A DNA stretch of 62,807 nt, counting the filler, from Limisphaerales bacterium (lineage in GTDB: Bacteria; Verrucomicrobiota; Verrucomicrobiia; Limisphaerales; SIBE01): NCBI GenBank assembly GCA_044225505.1. It is 6 parts of 5 records of this genome, joined end to end, with 100 filler letters (N's around TTAATTAATTAA, not from the genome) between each part and the next. Parts side by side here need not be neighbours in the genome. Positions count along the whole stretch, not along the records: positions 9,465 to 18,817 come from JBGAIN010000244.1; positions 18,918 to 28,618 come from JBGAIN010000245.1; 4 more parts are not named here. One strand, written 5' to 3'. A program made the translations under genes and the position numbers. Positions 10,456-22,427 of this stretch are shown one piece after another; the first letter of the stretch is position 1; the number at the start of each line of letters is the position of its first letter. The notes under the pieces were generated by a model. The model was not told where the DNA came from. It saw only the letters and a program-made list of their open reading frames with translations, and ran no database searches.

Positions 10456-13400
10456 ATGGAAACGCCAATTAAGCCTTCGCTAGAGACCCTTCAAGCCCTT
10501 TTGCGCCAGCGGATCGTCGTGATTGATGGCGCGATGGGCACGATGATTCAAACCTACCGTTTGGAAGAGGCGGATTATCGAGGTGACCGTTTCAAGAACT
10601 GGCATCGCGACGTTAAAGGCAACAACGATTTGCTGAATTTGACTCAGCCCCAGATTATCGAGGCCATTCACCGAGAATATCTTGCGGCGGGCGCGGACTT
10701 AATCGAGACAAACACGTTTAATTCGACCACGATCTCGATGGCGGACTATGGCATGGAAGCGCTTGCCTATGAACTCAATGTAGCGGGTGCCAGGAACGCC
10801 CGGCGGGCTGCCGACGGTTTTATGGCAGAAAACCCAGGACGAAGTTGCTTTGTCGCTGGGGCCTTGGGTCCGACGAACAAAACAGCCTCTTTGTCTCCAG
10901 ATGTTCATAATCCCGCCTATCGCTCGATCACGTATGATGAGCTGGTCGAAACCTATTACGCGCAGGCTAAAGGCTTGATCGAAGGGGGAGCGGATCTGCT
11001 GCTTGTAGAGACGGTTTTTGATTCACTGAACTCCAAAGCGGCACTCTTCGCGATTGCGAAGCTTTTTGACGACCTCGGAATTGAGCCGGTCCAACCTGAA
11101 TTTGCATCGAGCCGCCGATCCACGGCCGCGGGACAGCGACGGCTCCCGGTCATGCTCTCGTTTACGATCACAGACAGGAGCGGCCGCACCCTTTCGGGTC
11201 AAACGGTTGAGGCTTACTGGAATTCTGTGTCCCATTTTCCCTTATTGAGCATTGGGATTAACTGCGCCCTCGGAGCGAAGCAAATGCGACCGTTTATCGA
11301 GGAACTCGCGGGTTTGGCGCCGATCTACCTCAGTTGTTATCCCAACGCTGGTTTGCCCAACGCCTTCGGAGGTTTTGACGAAACGCCCTCCCACATGGCG
11401 ACCGATGTTGGCGAGTTTGCGCAGAATGGCTGGATCAACATTGTTGGGGGCTGCTGTGGATCGACACCAGCCCATATCCGGGCGATCGCCGAAGCGGTGC
11501 GAAAGCTTCCGCCTCGACTGCCCAGCCCGGGTCGATCTGGCACTCGCTTGGCCGGTTTGGAGCCATTGACCATCGGTGGCAAGCGTTCGACCCAGGCTTT
11601 AGACTCGGATCCGGAAAGTTCGGAGACTGATCCTGTTCCGGCCGATGCTGCATTGGACGCATCGATCAACTTCGTAAACATTGGGGAACGGACCAACGTC
11701 ACGGGCTCTCCCAAGTTTGCCAAGCTCATCAAGGAATCGAAATTTGAGGAAGCGCTGGCAGTGGCGCGCCAGCAAGTCGACAACGGAGCCCAGATTATCG
11801 ACGTGAATATGGACGAGGGGATGCTCGATTCCGAAAAGGCGATGGCGCATTTCCTCAATCTCCTCGCTTCAGAGCCAGATATTTCGCGAGTACCAGTGAT
11901 GATCGATAGTTCGAAATGGTCGGTCATCGAAGCGGGGCTGAAATGCGTTCAAGGAAAGCCGGTCGTAAACTCGATCAGCCTGAAGGAGGGAGAGTCCAAG
12001 TTTCTGGAGCAAGCCAAGCTGGTCCGACGATATGGGGCTGCCGTCGTGGTGATGGCTTTCGATGAGCGTGGGCAAGCGGACAGTTTGAAGCGCAGAATTG
12101 AAGTTTGTGAGCGCTCCTATCGCTTGTTAACAGGCCAGCTTGGGTTCCCGCCCGAAGACGTTATCTTCGACCCCAACATTCTGACGGTCGGCACGGGGAT
12201 CGAGGAACATAACAACTACGCGATGGACTTCATCGAAGCCACTCGATGGATCAAAAACCACTTGCCTGGATGTAAGGTGAGCGGCGGAGTGAGCAACATT
12301 TCCTTCTCGTTCCGGGGTAACAATGTGGTGCGGGAGGCCATGCATTCGGCATTTCTCTTTCACGCGATTCGCGCTGGCTTGGATATGGGGATAGTGAATG
12401 CGGGGCAATTAGCGGTCTACGAGGAGATCCCGAAAGAGCTATTGACGTTAGTTGAAGACGTCCTGTTGAACCGTCGTCCGGATGCCACGGAGAGACTGAT
12501 TCGGTTCGCGGAATCGGTCAAGCAACGAGAGAAGGGCGTGGACGTGCCAGAGGAGCACGAGTGGCGCAAGGGATCCGTGGAGGATCGACTCAGTTACGCC
12601 CTGGTCAAAGGCATTGTTGATTTTATTGAGCTAGACACCGAAGAAGCGCGGAAGAAATCGAACAAGCCGCTCGATGTCATTGAAGGCCCCCTGATGGCGG
12701 GGATGAATGTCGTCGGCGATTTGTTCGGAGCGGGCAAAATGTTTCTCCCGCAGGTCGTCAAGAGCGCGCGCGTCATGAAGAAAGCGGTCGCTTACCTGTT
12801 GCCCTTCATGGAGGAAGAGAAGCGGATCTCCGGGAAGAATCAGGCGCAAGGCAAGGTCCTTCTGGCCACAGTCAAGGGTGACGTCCACGATATCGGCAAG
12901 AACATTGTCGGGGTCGTCCTCGGCTGCAACAACTATGAGGTGATTGACTTGGGTGTGATGGTGCCCTGCGAGAAGATCCTGGCGACGGCCCGTGAGCGTC
13001 AGGTCGATATCATCGGTTTGAGCGGGCTGATCACCCCTTCCCTGGATGAAATGGTCCACGTGGCTAAAGAAATGGCCCGTGAAGGGTTCAACATCCCGCT
13101 TTTGATTGGTGGCGCGACCACCAGTAAGGTGCATACGGCGGTTCGGATCGCCCCATCGTATTCGCACCCGGTGGTGCACGTTCTCGATGCGTCCCGTGCC
13201 GTCGGGGTCGTCAGCAACCTGGTTAGCCAGGATTTGAAACAACCTTTTGTCGAGAAGACGCGCACGGAATATGAGTCATTGCGACAGCATCACCGAGTGC
13301 AACAGGAAAAGCCGCTCATTAGCATCGTGGAAGCGCGACGCCGCAAGCCTCAAACCGACTGGAACCAATACCAGCCTCCCAAACCCGATTTTCTTGGGCC

Positions 13401-14397
13401 GAAAACGCTGATTTCAAATGAGTCGACCAGCTCACCGGGCGACGAATCATCCGAATCAATTTCCCTGGCAGACCTTGTTCCGTATATCGACTGGTCGCCA
13501 TTCTTCCACACTTGGGAGATTCGCGGGCGATATCCGGCCTTACTCGAGAACGCCAAGGCCAAAGAACTATTCGACGATGCCCAAAAGCTCCTCTCGCAGA
13601 TTGTCGGCGAGAAGCTCTTGTTAGCACGCGGTGTCTACGGTTTCTTTCCGGCAAACTCCGTCGAAGACGACGTGGAGTTATATCGCGATGAATCTCGCAG
13701 CCAGGTGGTCGCGAAATTTCACTTCCTTCGTCAGCAAATGGACAAGAGCGACGGATCGCCCAACTGGTCATTGGCGGACTTTATTGCACCGAAGACCGAC
13801 CTGACAGGAAATCAACCGGTACGGCCGGACTACCTCGGGGCATTCGCTGTGACCGCTGGATTCGGGACCGAAGACCTTTGCCGAAGATTCGAGGTCGATC
13901 ACGACGATTATAGTTCAATTATGGTAAAGGCGCTCGCCGACCGTCTGGCGGAAGCGTTCGCCGAGTTCCTGCATCAGCGTGCCCGAGTGCATTGGGGGTT
14001 TGGCAAGATCGAGCAGTTCTCCGCCGAAGATCTAATTCGTGAAAAGTACCAAGGCATTCGGCCTGCCGCGGGCTATCCCGCCTGCCCAGATCATACGGAG
14101 AAGTGGACATTGTGGCGACTCCTGGACGTGGAACGACGGACGGGGATGCGGTTGACCGAGAGCTGCGCCATGTGGCCCGGGGCCAGCGTCAGTGGGTTGT
14201 ACTTTTCCCATCCGAAAGCGAAGTATTTTGCCGTCGGCAAGCTTGGACGGGATCAAGTTCTTGACTATCACCACCGAAAATCGATGAGTTTGGAACTTAC
14301 GGAGAAATGGCTTGGGCCATACTTGAACTACGAGGTCGGAGCGATCAGCCCCACGCCGCAACTCGCCCAGGCTTGCGCTTGCGGAGTGCCCCACTGA
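10456..14397 (+). CDS. metH: Cobalamin-dependent methionine synthase
   Basis: [20 protein letters not shown] (Zn), [10 protein letters not shown] (pterin domain), [11 protein letters not shown] and LSGLITPSL (B12-binding), [14 protein letters not shown] (activation domain). Confidence 0.98.
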   Translation: METPIKPSLETLQALLRQRIVVIDGAMGTMIQTYRLEEADYRGDRFKNWHRDVKGNNDLLNLTQPQIIEAIHREYLAAGADLIETNTFNSTTISMADYGMEALAYELNVAGARNARRAADGFMAENPGRSCFVAGALGPTNKTASLSPDVHNPAYRSITYDELVETYYAQAKGLIEGGADLLLVETVFDSLNSKAALFAIAKLFDDLGIEPVQPEFASSRRSTAAGQRRLPVMLSFTITDRSGRTLSGQTVEAYWNSVSHFPLLSIGINCALGAKQMRPFIEELAGLAPIYLSCYPNAGLPNAFGGFDETPSHMATDVGEFAQNGWINIVGGCCGSTPAHIRAIAEAVRKLPPRLPSPGRSGTRLAGLEPLTIGGKRSTQALDSDPESSETDPVPADAALDASINFVNIGERTNVTGSPKFAKLIKESKFEEALAVARQQVDNGAQIIDVNMDEGMLDSEKAMAHFLNLLASEPDISRVPVMIDSSKWSVIEAGLKCVQGKPVVNSISLKEGESKFLEQAKLVRRYGAAVVVMAFDERGQADSLKRRIEVCERSYRLLTGQLGFPPEDVIFDPNILTVGTGIEEHNNYAMDFIEATRWIKNHLPGCKVSGGVSNISFSFRGNNVVREAMHSAFLFHAIRAGLDMGIVNAGQLAVYEEIPKELLTLVEDVLLNRRPDATERLIRFAESVKQREKGVDVPEEHEWRKGSVEDRLSYALVKGIVDFIELDTEEARKKSNKPLDVIEGPLMAGMNVVGDLFGAGKMFLPQVVKSARVMKKAVAYLLPFMEEEKRISGKNQAQGKVLLATVKGDVHDIGKNIVGVVLGCNNYEVIDLGVMVPCEKILATARERQVDIIGLSGLITPSLDEMVHVAKEMAREGFNIPLLIGGATTSKVHTAVRIAPSYSHPVVHVLDASRAVGVVSNLVSQDLKQPFVEKTRTEYESLRQHHRVQQEKPLISIVEARRRKPQTDWNQYQPPKPDFLGPKTLISNESTSSPGDESSESISLADLVPYIDWSPFFHTWEIRGRYPALLENAKAKELFDDAQKLLSQIVGEKLLLARGVYGFFPANSVEDDVELYRDESRSQVVAKFHFLRQQMDKSDGSPNWSLADFIAPKTDLTGNQPVRPDYLGAFAVTAGFGTEDLCRRFEVDHDDYSSIMVKALADRLAEAFAEFLHQRARVHWGFGKIEQFSAEDLIREKYQGIRPAAGYPACPDHTEKWTLWRLLDVERRTGMRLTESCAMWPGASVSGLYFSHPKAKYFAVGKLGRDQVLDYHHRKSMSLELTEKWLGPYLNYEVGAISPTPQLAQACACGVPH

Positions 14398-14476
14398 TAC
14401 GACCGGACAATGCACTGCCGTTCAGGTGGTGGGATGCGATCGACTCGGGTTTAGGGAGCGCTCCCTTGAATCAAGC

Positions 14477-15265
14477 TCACGGCGGCCAAGGTGCGCTCGA
14501 ATTGAGCGGCGCGCTGGTCCGGACCTGGATCCAGGGAACGTCTCTGGGCCCTTTAGGTGATGCGACAATTTTCTTCGAGAGGGTATCCGGATCTAGCCAC
14601 TTACGAATCTCTGCGTGGCCATCTGCAAATGAGAAACCGCAAGCGCCATTGTGGTAGTTGGCTGGCATGTTGCCCCAAATCTCCTTGCGATTGACGAACA
14701 CGAGGAAATAGCCGTCGTCAATGCCATCGGGATGCTCGTCGAGAAAAACGAATGCCTGAGAAGGCGATGGCGTGACAATCTCCGACGCTTTCCGAAACGT
14801 GAAGTGGGTATTCTTGATCTCCGCGGTATACCAGCTGTCGCCGTTCATGTTTCCATTCATGGAGACACTCCGGACCCGACGATAGGTTTTGCCACCAAGT
14901 TTGACCGTGCTTCGATCCGCTGGGCAACGGTAGATATCCAGCGACTGGTTATAGTTCCATAGGAGACCCTTTGGCGCTTTGAGGAGGTTCACATTCGTCG
15001 CGTCTTGAGCCGTCATGAGCCACCCTTCGACCCAGCCGCGCTGGTCGCCCGTGCCATTCGGAACCAAACGGTCGTTGTTGTCTTCGGGATACATATACCA
15101 CGCCAGATTCAGTTGCTTCAGGTTATTGAGGCAAGCGATCCCATGGGCTTTCGTTTTGGCCTTCGCCAGCGCCGGTAACAACATCCCCGCGAGAATGGCG
15201 ATGATGGCAATGACAACAAGGAGTTCGATCAAAGTAAAACCAGCCCGGGAGCGTCGGAGGTTCAT
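14477..15265 (-). CDS. Prepilin-type N-terminal cleavage/methylation protein with H-X9-DG motif
   Basis: [52 protein letters not shown]. Confidence 0.92.
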   Translation of the reverse strand: MNLRRSRAGFTLIELLVVIAIIAILAGMLLPALAKAKTKAHGIACLNNLKQLNLAWYMYPEDNNDRLVPNGTGDQRGWVEGWLMTAQDATNVNLLKAPKGLLWNYNQSLDIYRCPADRSTVKLGGKTYRRVRSVSMNGNMNGDSWYTAEIKNTHFTFRKASEIVTPSPSQAFVFLDEHPDGIDDGYFLVFVNRKEIWGNMPANYHNGACGFSFADGHAEIRKWLDPDTLSKKIVASPKGPRDVPWIQVRTSAPLNSSAPWPP

Positions 15266-15361
15266 GGTTTGGGCATACACCTCTCGGGCCAGCGTGTAAA
15301 GCCTGCATCTCCGAGGGGCTGCCCTAGAACTGACCCGACAGGAGCGAAACGTTCGCCTAAA

Positions 15362-18040
15362 TTATTGCACGAGAATAATTCGGTAAAACTTCGTCTCTGC
15401 ATCGGCCCGCTGAAACAAAGATTTCTTTTCTCCGGTCGCGATAAATGACTCTCCTTCGTTGATCCACTCCGTGCCAGTTTGGAGCCGGGATTGCACTTGA
15501 TAACGCTGACCGGGCTGGCCTTGCCATTCAATCTCAATGGCATGAAAGGCGGAAAAAGGCAGGGCTTCCGGCACGGGCTGGATTCGGATCGTTCCTTCGG
15601 CGATCCGGAGCGTGTCACCGGGGCGATAGTGGCGAACATCCTGCACCCAATACGGGATTGTTTCCGGGAGATTGTTGCTAAACGTGAAATCCAGCGCCGT
15701 CGCGCTTCGAGCGACAACCGTTCCGTTCGTGCTGACGCCAACGTCCAACAGGACTCGGCGATCTCCATCGGCGTCGTGTGTGTAGCCATCTAGAAGTTCG
15801 GAAATCTCAAGGTGAACTGGAGTATCCCAAGAACGAAAGAAGGTGGCAGGCACGGTCGTTGGCGGTCGATTGGCCTTGAACGAAAGATTGATGGACTTTC
15901 CGTCTGCGCCTAAGACAAGAGAAAACGTGCCTCCTTGCAAATCCTCTATAAAACCCGACGTCTGCAATTGAACTTTGCTGGAATCGAAACTGGTTATGTT
16001 CGTATCAGAGATAACAATCGGCCAAAGATAGTTGCTAGTGCTACTGAAATTCCGCGGAGCTCCCACCGTGCCGTCCGGGGCAGAAGAAACAATCCGCACG
16101 GTAAATCGATTGGTCACCGTTGCGGTCACTTCCAAAGGCCCAGACAGATGAACGGCGTCCCAGCCAGGACTGGCCCCGGCGGTGCCTCGCACATCGTCAA
16201 AGTTCCAAGTGCGAGTCGCTCGACCAGACCAAGTGAAGTCATCCGGTGATGCGGTGGCAAGGTTTACGGAAACGAAGGCTCCCTGGCTCGAATTCAAGTA
16301 TGAGCCGCTGCTGGACTTCTCCAGTTTTACCGCCTTTACCATGTAGAACTGTTCGTCCGTGAAGGCCGGATCCGTGAACTTTGTGGAGGTGATCAAGGCC
16401 GGAGTTAAACGGGCGAACGGCCCGAAGGCAGAGCCAGCCCGGTAGACGTGATACCCTAAAATCTCTTCACCAGTGCCGAACCAATTCAAGTCGACGCCGC
16501 CCGCCTCGTTCGTAGCGGCGTTCAGCGAGGTGGGAGGAAGAACCTGATGCATTCGGAGTGTCGGGTCGCCTAAAAGCGCCACGTGCACCCCCTTGGTGAG
16601 CCCGGCGGTATCTCCAATCTGGATGACTGGGCCCGACGTGATCGGAGCGTTCGCCTTGTACAGGCCCGCATTGTTCTGCGTCAACCGTGCGCAGTAACCA
16701 AGGGTCTCACCCATGGCAAAAGGATGAAAATGCCAAGCTGGGCGCCCACCCCAAACTGCGGAGAGGGTGTTGGTGGAACTGCCGAGTGGAGCTCGCAACA
16801 AATTGTTCTCGGAGTCCCAGTCGCCAAAATAGCTACCGAACAGCATCGTAAAGATCACTTTCGGATCGTAAACGAGGTAGTGAACTGTATCGACCACACC
16901 GCCCGCACTGGTGAAGGATCCAGGCCCGCAGCCGTAAGCCCACAAATAATCTTCACGAGGTAAAACACTGAGCCAGCGCCCACCGGACGTATTGAAAGGT
17001 CCAAAGAAAGGCGCAAAGTTGTCCCAGCCCACCACAGCTGGCACTTCACCGATGAGGACACCGAGGTTGTCGTCCACCAAGGCACGAGGACGCGCGGTCA
17101 GAATCCGATGCCGAAAATCGTGATCCTTGTTCAAATACTGACGAAGCATCTCGACTTCGCTCGTCTCGAAATATGACAGGTTGGCCATGTCCACGCGCCC
17201 GATCTGCAGCGCGACTTGGCCAGGAATCGAGCTTTGATCGAACTTGCCATCGCCGACGACATTCTGGTTTCGAAGGTCCAGAACGGAAGCTGACTTGGCT
17301 GTGCTGTCCGTCCACAACCCTGATATATCTCCGTAATAGGCATCAGCGGGCCAAGCGCCACGATGGTCTGGATGCTGGTCCGGGGCGAGGACGCCCGAAT
17401 ATGGGACTGGCACATGGCCAATCAGGAAGACGGCTTGCACATTGGTAGGATCTGCGTAGTAAGCGGACTGGATCAGTCGTTTCAGTTGAGTCACCTCGAA
17501 GGAACGAGCCTGGCCCGCGATCAGATTTGTATCACTCGGAGAGACCGATTGTCGCGGGACGTCGTAGCGGAGAACGCTCCAGCCATCACCGACCAAGTCT
17601 TGGTGGAGACGCGCCAATTCTGTGGCCAAGGGGCCTGCGTGGGTCTGATCGACCACGAGCAGGGCTTTGCCGCGTGATTCGTTCAACGGCACTGCGATTC
17701 CCGTCGCTATGTAGGCGTAGGTGTTGTATGCAGCGGTCGCCCGGGCAATTTGATATTCATAGGACTGTCCTGAGAGAACGTCCGCATCTGAGAAGAATGA
17801 TGAGCTTCCAGGGAGGACGGTTGGTGGTCCGAAGTTCGTGTCACCCTTGAGTTTGCGAGACACGGTATAGCTCAAGGCGCCGTCCGAGACCGGCCAAGTT
17901 AGGGTAATCTGAGGCGGCTCGTCCTGGATTAGAGCACTGACTTGAATCGCAAATCCAGAAGTGGGCTGAGCGTAAGTGGAAGATGTAAAACCAAATAACA
18001 CCAAGAGGCCCAGTGTTAGCCGGGCCAATGCGCTGTTCAT
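15362..18040 (-). CDS. Secreted FN3 + peptidase-C25(gingipain)-like domain protein with Verrucomicrobia C-terminal domain
   Basis: Signal peptide (STYAQ), FN3-like TLTWP..Y.V.R, and VFLIGHVPVPYSG...ADAYYGD...IGRVD...LLGDPTLR (C25-like). A second FN3 follows; C-terminus W.G.PGQRYQVQS...W...KFYRI. Confidence 0.8.
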   Translation of the reverse strand: MNSALARLTLGLLVLFGFTSSTYAQPTSGFAIQVSALIQDEPPQITLTWPVSDGALSYTVSRKLKGDTNFGPPTVLPGSSSFFSDADVLSGQSYEYQIARATAAYNTYAYIATGIAVPLNESRGKALLVVDQTHAGPLATELARLHQDLVGDGWSVLRYDVPRQSVSPSDTNLIAGQARSFEVTQLKRLIQSAYYADPTNVQAVFLIGHVPVPYSGVLAPDQHPDHRGAWPADAYYGDISGLWTDSTAKSASVLDLRNQNVVGDGKFDQSSIPGQVALQIGRVDMANLSYFETSEVEMLRQYLNKDHDFRHRILTARPRALVDDNLGVLIGEVPAVVGWDNFAPFFGPFNTSGGRWLSVLPREDYLWAYGCGPGSFTSAGGVVDTVHYLVYDPKVIFTMLFGSYFGDWDSENNLLRAPLGSSTNTLSAVWGGRPAWHFHPFAMGETLGYCARLTQNNAGLYKANAPITSGPVIQIGDTAGLTKGVHVALLGDPTLRMHQVLPPTSLNAATNEAGGVDLNWFGTGEEILGYHVYRAGSAFGPFARLTPALITSTKFTDPAFTDEQFYMVKAVKLEKSSSGSYLNSSQGAFVSVNLATASPDDFTWSGRATRTWNFDDVRGTAGASPGWDAVHLSGPLEVTATVTNRFTVRIVSSAPDGTVGAPRNFSSTSNYLWPIVISDTNITSFDSSKVQLQTSGFIEDLQGGTFSLVLGADGKSINLSFKANRPPTTVPATFFRSWDTPVHLEISELLDGYTHDADGDRRVLLDVGVSTNGTVVARSATALDFTFSNNLPETIPYWVQDVRHYRPGDTLRIAEGTIRIQPVPEALPFSAFHAIEIEWQGQPGQRYQVQSRLQTGTEWINEGESFIATGEKKSLFQRADAETKFYRIILVQ

Positions 18041-18334
18041 GCACCCTATCATACTCAAATAACTGAACCTTCTAAAAGCCCTGATCAGCACAAACAGTTC
18101 CACCGACTCGCACTGGGTTCGGTTTCCGGCCTGTGCCCTTGCCTGCTCAAGAATCGTTATCCCACTTTGGGCAGGATCCCCTGCTTCCGGAACTCGCCGT
18201 TCAACGGCCCTTCAACCGTTGGATGAAAAACTAGACGGCTCTGTTCCCAACGCAACTTCAAATCGTGAGTCTTTCAGCCAGACTGGGTGGGAGGACCCAG
18301 TGTTGGTCCGGCCTGGGTGACTCCCCAGAAATAC

Positions 18335-18360
18335 AAAGGCCGGGCAATTGCCCGGCCTTT
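18335..18360 (-). terminator. Rho-independent terminator
   Basis: Perfect AAAGGCCGGGC-AATT-GCCCGGCCTTT hairpin about 20 bp after the stop of the 18382 gene, with T-rich flanks on both strands. Confidence 0.8.
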
Positions 18361-18381
18361 GGTTTTCAGGACTGCCCGAGA

Positions 18382-18817
18382 TTACTGCTTGATCTGGAAG
18401 AACATCGCGCTCCCGGTCGGCGCGACTCGGAACGGACTTGAGGCACCCGTCACCGGGGTGTAAGGGCCGCGAACACTCGTTGCCGACACGAGGCTGCCAG
18501 CGGTCCAACTCAGGACCAACTGACCGCCATCGGTCGCGAGCTTGAGTTGAGAATCACCACCGCCCCCGCTCGCCGGCGTGGTGGGATCGTCTTTCGGCGC
18601 TGGATGGCTGAACACCGTGTAGAAGTTCACCTCTTTGGGTGAATCCGGTCCCGCGGACGGGTTGTTCTGGTAGTTGATCTCGCCCTTTGCGGCGATCAGG
18701 ATCTGTTTGGTCGTCATTGCGACACTCATCTGGATCGTGTGGATGTCGTTGGTCGCATTATTGACGAACGGGAAGAAACTAGCGGTCAGAGGAGTAATTT
18801 TCTTCGCCGCCGCATCC
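18382..18817 (-). CDS. C-terminal fragment of a probably secreted protein with short Verrucomicrobia C-terminal domain (5' truncated)
   Basis: Frame is open toward the contig edge and ends QLVLSWTAGSLVSATSVRGPYTPVTGASSPF...MFFQIKQ. A terminator follows. Confidence 0.75.
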
Positions 18818-18917
18818 NNNNNNNNNNNNNNNNNNNNNNNNNNNNNNNNNNNNNNNNNNNNTTAATTAATTAANNNNNNNNNNNNNNNNNNNNNNNNNNN
18901 NNNNNNNNNNNNNNNNN
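18818..18917. other. Artificial contig linker
   Basis: N run with TTAATTAATTAA. Confidence 0.98.
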
Positions 18918-19020
18918 TCAGACAGTCGCCATAGGGTGTGCCATCGGTCACGGTCGCGATGCCTCAAGATCCTCCTCTGATTACACCTACTGTCGAGATT
19001 CAGCAATCACCGCCGCAGTT

Positions 19021-19701
19021 CTATTGAGGCAAGCCCGGAGTCGGCGGGAACTGGATATGGGGATTTGCGATCTTCTGCAGTTCCATCATGATGATATCCT
19101 GTTCTGATGCGTAAGGCCGAACCGCTAGCTGGGAAAGGTTTGCCGGAAGAGGCGATACTGACGCTGTTCGCGCGTTCCGCCTCGGAATCGTTCGCAGACG
19201 GGTGTTTTGAGGTGTGCCCCCGGGTGTACCGCCACTGGGAGAGGCGGGCGAGATTACGGGTGCCGCGACTGCGCCCGCAACCGAAGGCGGTCTAACGCCA
19301 TTCGCTGGAAAGGTCATGGTCAATTCGATGCCGTCCCGCTGAATCCGCACCGCTTTGGCGACAGGGTCGATGTCGAGCACTTCAATTCCATTCTCGCTCT
19401 CGCCGACAGCAAGCCTGAAGTACTGGGGCGCGTGACTTGTCCTTGGTTTGCTCATAAAGTAGGCTTGCTTTTCGCCGATTGAGGTAATCCCGGTCAAAAA
19501 GATCTCGTCCTTGGGGAGCGCGACTATGACTTTCTTTTGTGGCGGAGGCGGTGATCTTAGCCCAAACGGATTTCGTTCGGCGATTACACTGTAATCTCGC
19601 TTCTCCAAATCCGTGCCTCCAGCTGAGCCGCAAGCCGAGAAGGCTAATAACAGGCAACCGAAGAGCATCAGCAGAATCCGAGTCTTTCGGCTTAAGTTCA
19701 T
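19021..19701 (-). CDS. Exported hypothetical protein, possibly GspC/PilP-like (T2SS/T4P accessory)
   Basis: N-terminal hydrophobic segment, RNPFGL + Pro-rich linker, LTGIT..G...AYF...LAVGE...IEVLDID...VRI (HR-domain-like), low-complexity tail. Confidence 0.55.
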   Translation of the reverse strand: MNLSRKTRILLMLFGCLLLAFSACGSAGGTDLEKRDYSVIAERNPFGLRSPPPPQKKVIVALPKDEIFLTGITSIGEKQAYFMSKPRTSHAPQYFRLAVGESENGIEVLDIDPVAKAVRIQRDGIELTMTFPANGVRPPSVAGAVAAPVISPASPSGGTPGGTPQNTRLRTIPRRNARTASVSPLPANLSQLAVRPYASEQDIIMMELQKIANPHIQFPPTPGLPQ

Positions 19702-20014
19702 GTTTCTGTCGGGTGTTTAACGCAAACCTGCTCACCCTCTCGCGGGCAGGGTGCGAGCACGGCCGTCTCACGGGCCTGTTGCCCGCACCCTTTCTGATGC
19801 TGACGCGCGGTAGAGGACGCGCGCTCTTCGGCAAAGTCGGAGAAGCACTTGATGAAGCAATCGTAAAGCCCGAAACACCAATTCTCGCTGGCCAACCCAA
19901 GGCATAGCGCAAACGAGTGCTTCACTTCGCCGTTCCCGACTATTAACGAGCCTACAACTGATCTCCGATCTGACCAATTGGGAGCGACGCGACAAGTGCA
20001 TCAGCGAAACACCG

Positions 20015-21154
20015 ATGCTCTGGTCCCCAGCCCTTGGGACCGTAGACTGCTTAGCGCTGGTAAGCGCCAGCCGAGAAGTGCCCGACTTGCCTGACCTGAA
20101 TGTCTTGATTTTCTCACTTGGCGGCGCTAGAAGCGGGGCTGCGTTGATGCTTATGCCCATCCATCTGAAAGCTCGGAGCGCCAAGTTTCTTATGCTTGGC
20201 TTGGTCCTCACAGTCTTCACTTTGGCGACGGAGTCAAATGCAGCTTCGGATCTGGCCCAGCAAGCGAAGCCATTGCGCAAGGGGCCAATTCGAGGAGTCG
20301 CATTCTCGCCAGATGCAACACGAGTCGCCTCCGGGGGACGCGATCGATTGGTGAAGGTATGGGATTTGAACACGGGTGAACTCAGCAAAGCGTTGGCTGG
20401 ACATAGCGGAGCCGTGAGCAGTGTCGCCTGGACACCTGGCGGCGACCGCCTGGTGTCGGGCAGCGATGATGGAACAGCCAGAGTGTGGCGACTCTCCGAC
20501 GGTTGCGCTGTGGCGGTGCTTCGCGGGGAAAAGAGTGCGGTAAATTCAGTCGCTTTTTCCCCTGATGGCCGACTCATCGCTTTAGGAGGTTCCGATAACT
20601 CGCTTAGCCTCTGGCAGGCGCAAGACGGGATTTTGCTGAAGAGGTGGTTAGCCCACCGCGCTCCGATTTACTCCGTGGCTTTCTCTCCAGATGGACAGTT
20701 CCTGGCTTCTGGCGGCGGAGGTGGCGAAGTGAAGATCTGGCGAGTAGAAGACTTCTCGCTGGTTCATTCGGTTCGAGGGCATTTCAGGGACGTGACCTCG
20801 GTGCAATTCTCTCCAGATGGCAAAAGGCTGGCCTCGGCCGGACTGGATGGGATGATCCAACTTTGGGCGGCTCCCTACCTGGTCCCTGTCCGAACCATCG
20901 ACGCTCGTTCACGTCTGGTCTATTCGATTGCGTTTTCACCGGATGGGGAGGCTCTAGCATCCGGTGGTTGGGACAACAGCGTAAAAGTATGGGGCCTTCC
21001 TGACGGCAGAATCAGGTATTGGTGGCGGGCGCACAAGAATCGAGTGACTTCGGTGACGTTCTCGCGTGATGGAAAGATGCTTGCGTCCGGAAGCACAGAC
21101 AAGTCTGTGAAGGTGTGGAGAATCCCCGAAACCGTTCTGATCAGGGCCTTCTAA
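20015..21154 (+). CDS. Secreted stand-alone WD40 beta-propeller protein
   Basis: About seven WD40 repeats (VAFSPDG..LASGG.D..VKVW) after a signal-peptide-like segment. The true start is probably near 20147-20153. Confidence 0.88.
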   Translation: MLWSPALGTVDCLALVSASREVPDLPDLNVLIFSLGGARSGAALMLMPIHLKARSAKFLMLGLVLTVFTLATESNAASDLAQQAKPLRKGPIRGVAFSPDATRVASGGRDRLVKVWDLNTGELSKALAGHSGAVSSVAWTPGGDRLVSGSDDGTARVWRLSDGCAVAVLRGEKSAVNSVAFSPDGRLIALGGSDNSLSLWQAQDGILLKRWLAHRAPIYSVAFSPDGQFLASGGGGGEVKIWRVEDFSLVHSVRGHFRDVTSVQFSPDGKRLASAGLDGMIQLWAAPYLVPVRTIDARSRLVYSIAFSPDGEALASGGWDNSVKVWGLPDGRIRYWWRAHKNRVTSVTFSRDGKMLASGSTDKSVKVWRIPETVLIRAF

Positions 21155-21309
21155 GCGAACAGGAAACAATTGTTCTGAGGAACTCGTGTCAACCCGACCG
21201 AAAGGGACGATCTCGCTTAATTGATGCGCGGTCTTCCGAAATCTGGTTGTTCGCTGTGACTTGCTATCAGGCATCGGCGAATTAGGGAGAAGGAAGACTC
21301 GAACCCAAT

Positions 21310-22374
21310 GTGGAACCGTCCCTGGAACCAACGCGCGGGCCTAATCTGGCCTTGCTCGCGCTAACCGCGCTGGCGCTTTGGCTGTGTTTTCTCGTCGCAC
21401 GTCCGTTTGTCTCAGCGCTGGCATGGGCGATGGCGCTGGCCATTGCGACGTATCCACTCCATCGCGGAATTGCTCGGCGAATTCGTCGAGAGAACCTGTC
21501 ATCGGCCGTAAGCACGTTGCTCGTCTTGATCGTCCTCCTTGCGCCTTTGGGAGTACTGCTGCCCATAACGATCAATGGGGAAATTGACGGAGTCAATGCC
21601 ATTCGGACCCAAATCGAGTCGGGAGAGTGGAAGTCCAAAGCATTGAGCCATACGTGGCTTTGGCCCGCCTGGCTCTGGCTGGAAAAGCGGGTGGACTTGG
21701 GGGACGCGATCCAACGCCTGGCTTCGCTGATCACCGCTCTGGCATCCTACCTTCTCCAAGGTTCCCTCCTTGGCGTTTTGGAAGTTCTGGTCATTTTCTT
21801 TCTCCTGTTCTACTTCTTCCGCGGCAGTGCTACTATTCTCGTCACGATCCGGGCATTGCTCCCTCTTTCGATTGGCGAAGCGGATAGATTATTCGGCGTG
21901 GTTACCGATACGGTCTATGCGACGATCTACGGCAAACTTGCGGTTGGTGTCGTCCAGGGTTTTCTGGGTGGACTAATGTTTTGGTGGCTTGGCCTGACCG
22001 CCCCTTGGTTTTGGGCCATTATCATGGGGATCTTATCCATAATCCCTGTCGTTGGCCCTTCGCTCATCTGGTTGCCCGGGGCGATCATTCTCTTCCTCGA
22101 CGGACACTGGATCAGGGCCACAATTCTTGTGGCCTGGGAGCTGTAGTAGTGGCCTCAATTGACAACCTGACAATATCCGATGCTCGTGCAAAACAAGCTG
22201 CAGCTCCACACTGTGCCGGTCTTCATCACGATGGTGGGAGGGGTGGTGGTGTTTGGTCCTGCTGGATTCTTCCTGGGGCCAGTTATTCTTGCCGTTACTT
22301 TGAGCTTGCTGGAAACATGGAAAGCGAGGACGGATCCAGCGCAGTCAGATTTTCGTTCGCGGCCCGGGGGATGA
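21310..22374 (+). pseudogene. AI-2E family transporter with two frameshifts
   Basis: ORF 21310-22146 (PFVSALAWA..LA...YPLH; VQGFLGG; IPVVG) continues in other frames as GAVVVASIDNL and YPMLVQNKLQLHTVPVFITMVGG...GFFLGP. Breaks lie near 22137 and 22172. Confidence 0.8.
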
Positions 22375-22427
22375 ATGTTTGACTGACGCTGGCTGGAGAC
22401 CAAAGTCGTTGGTAATCGGTGAGCGAT

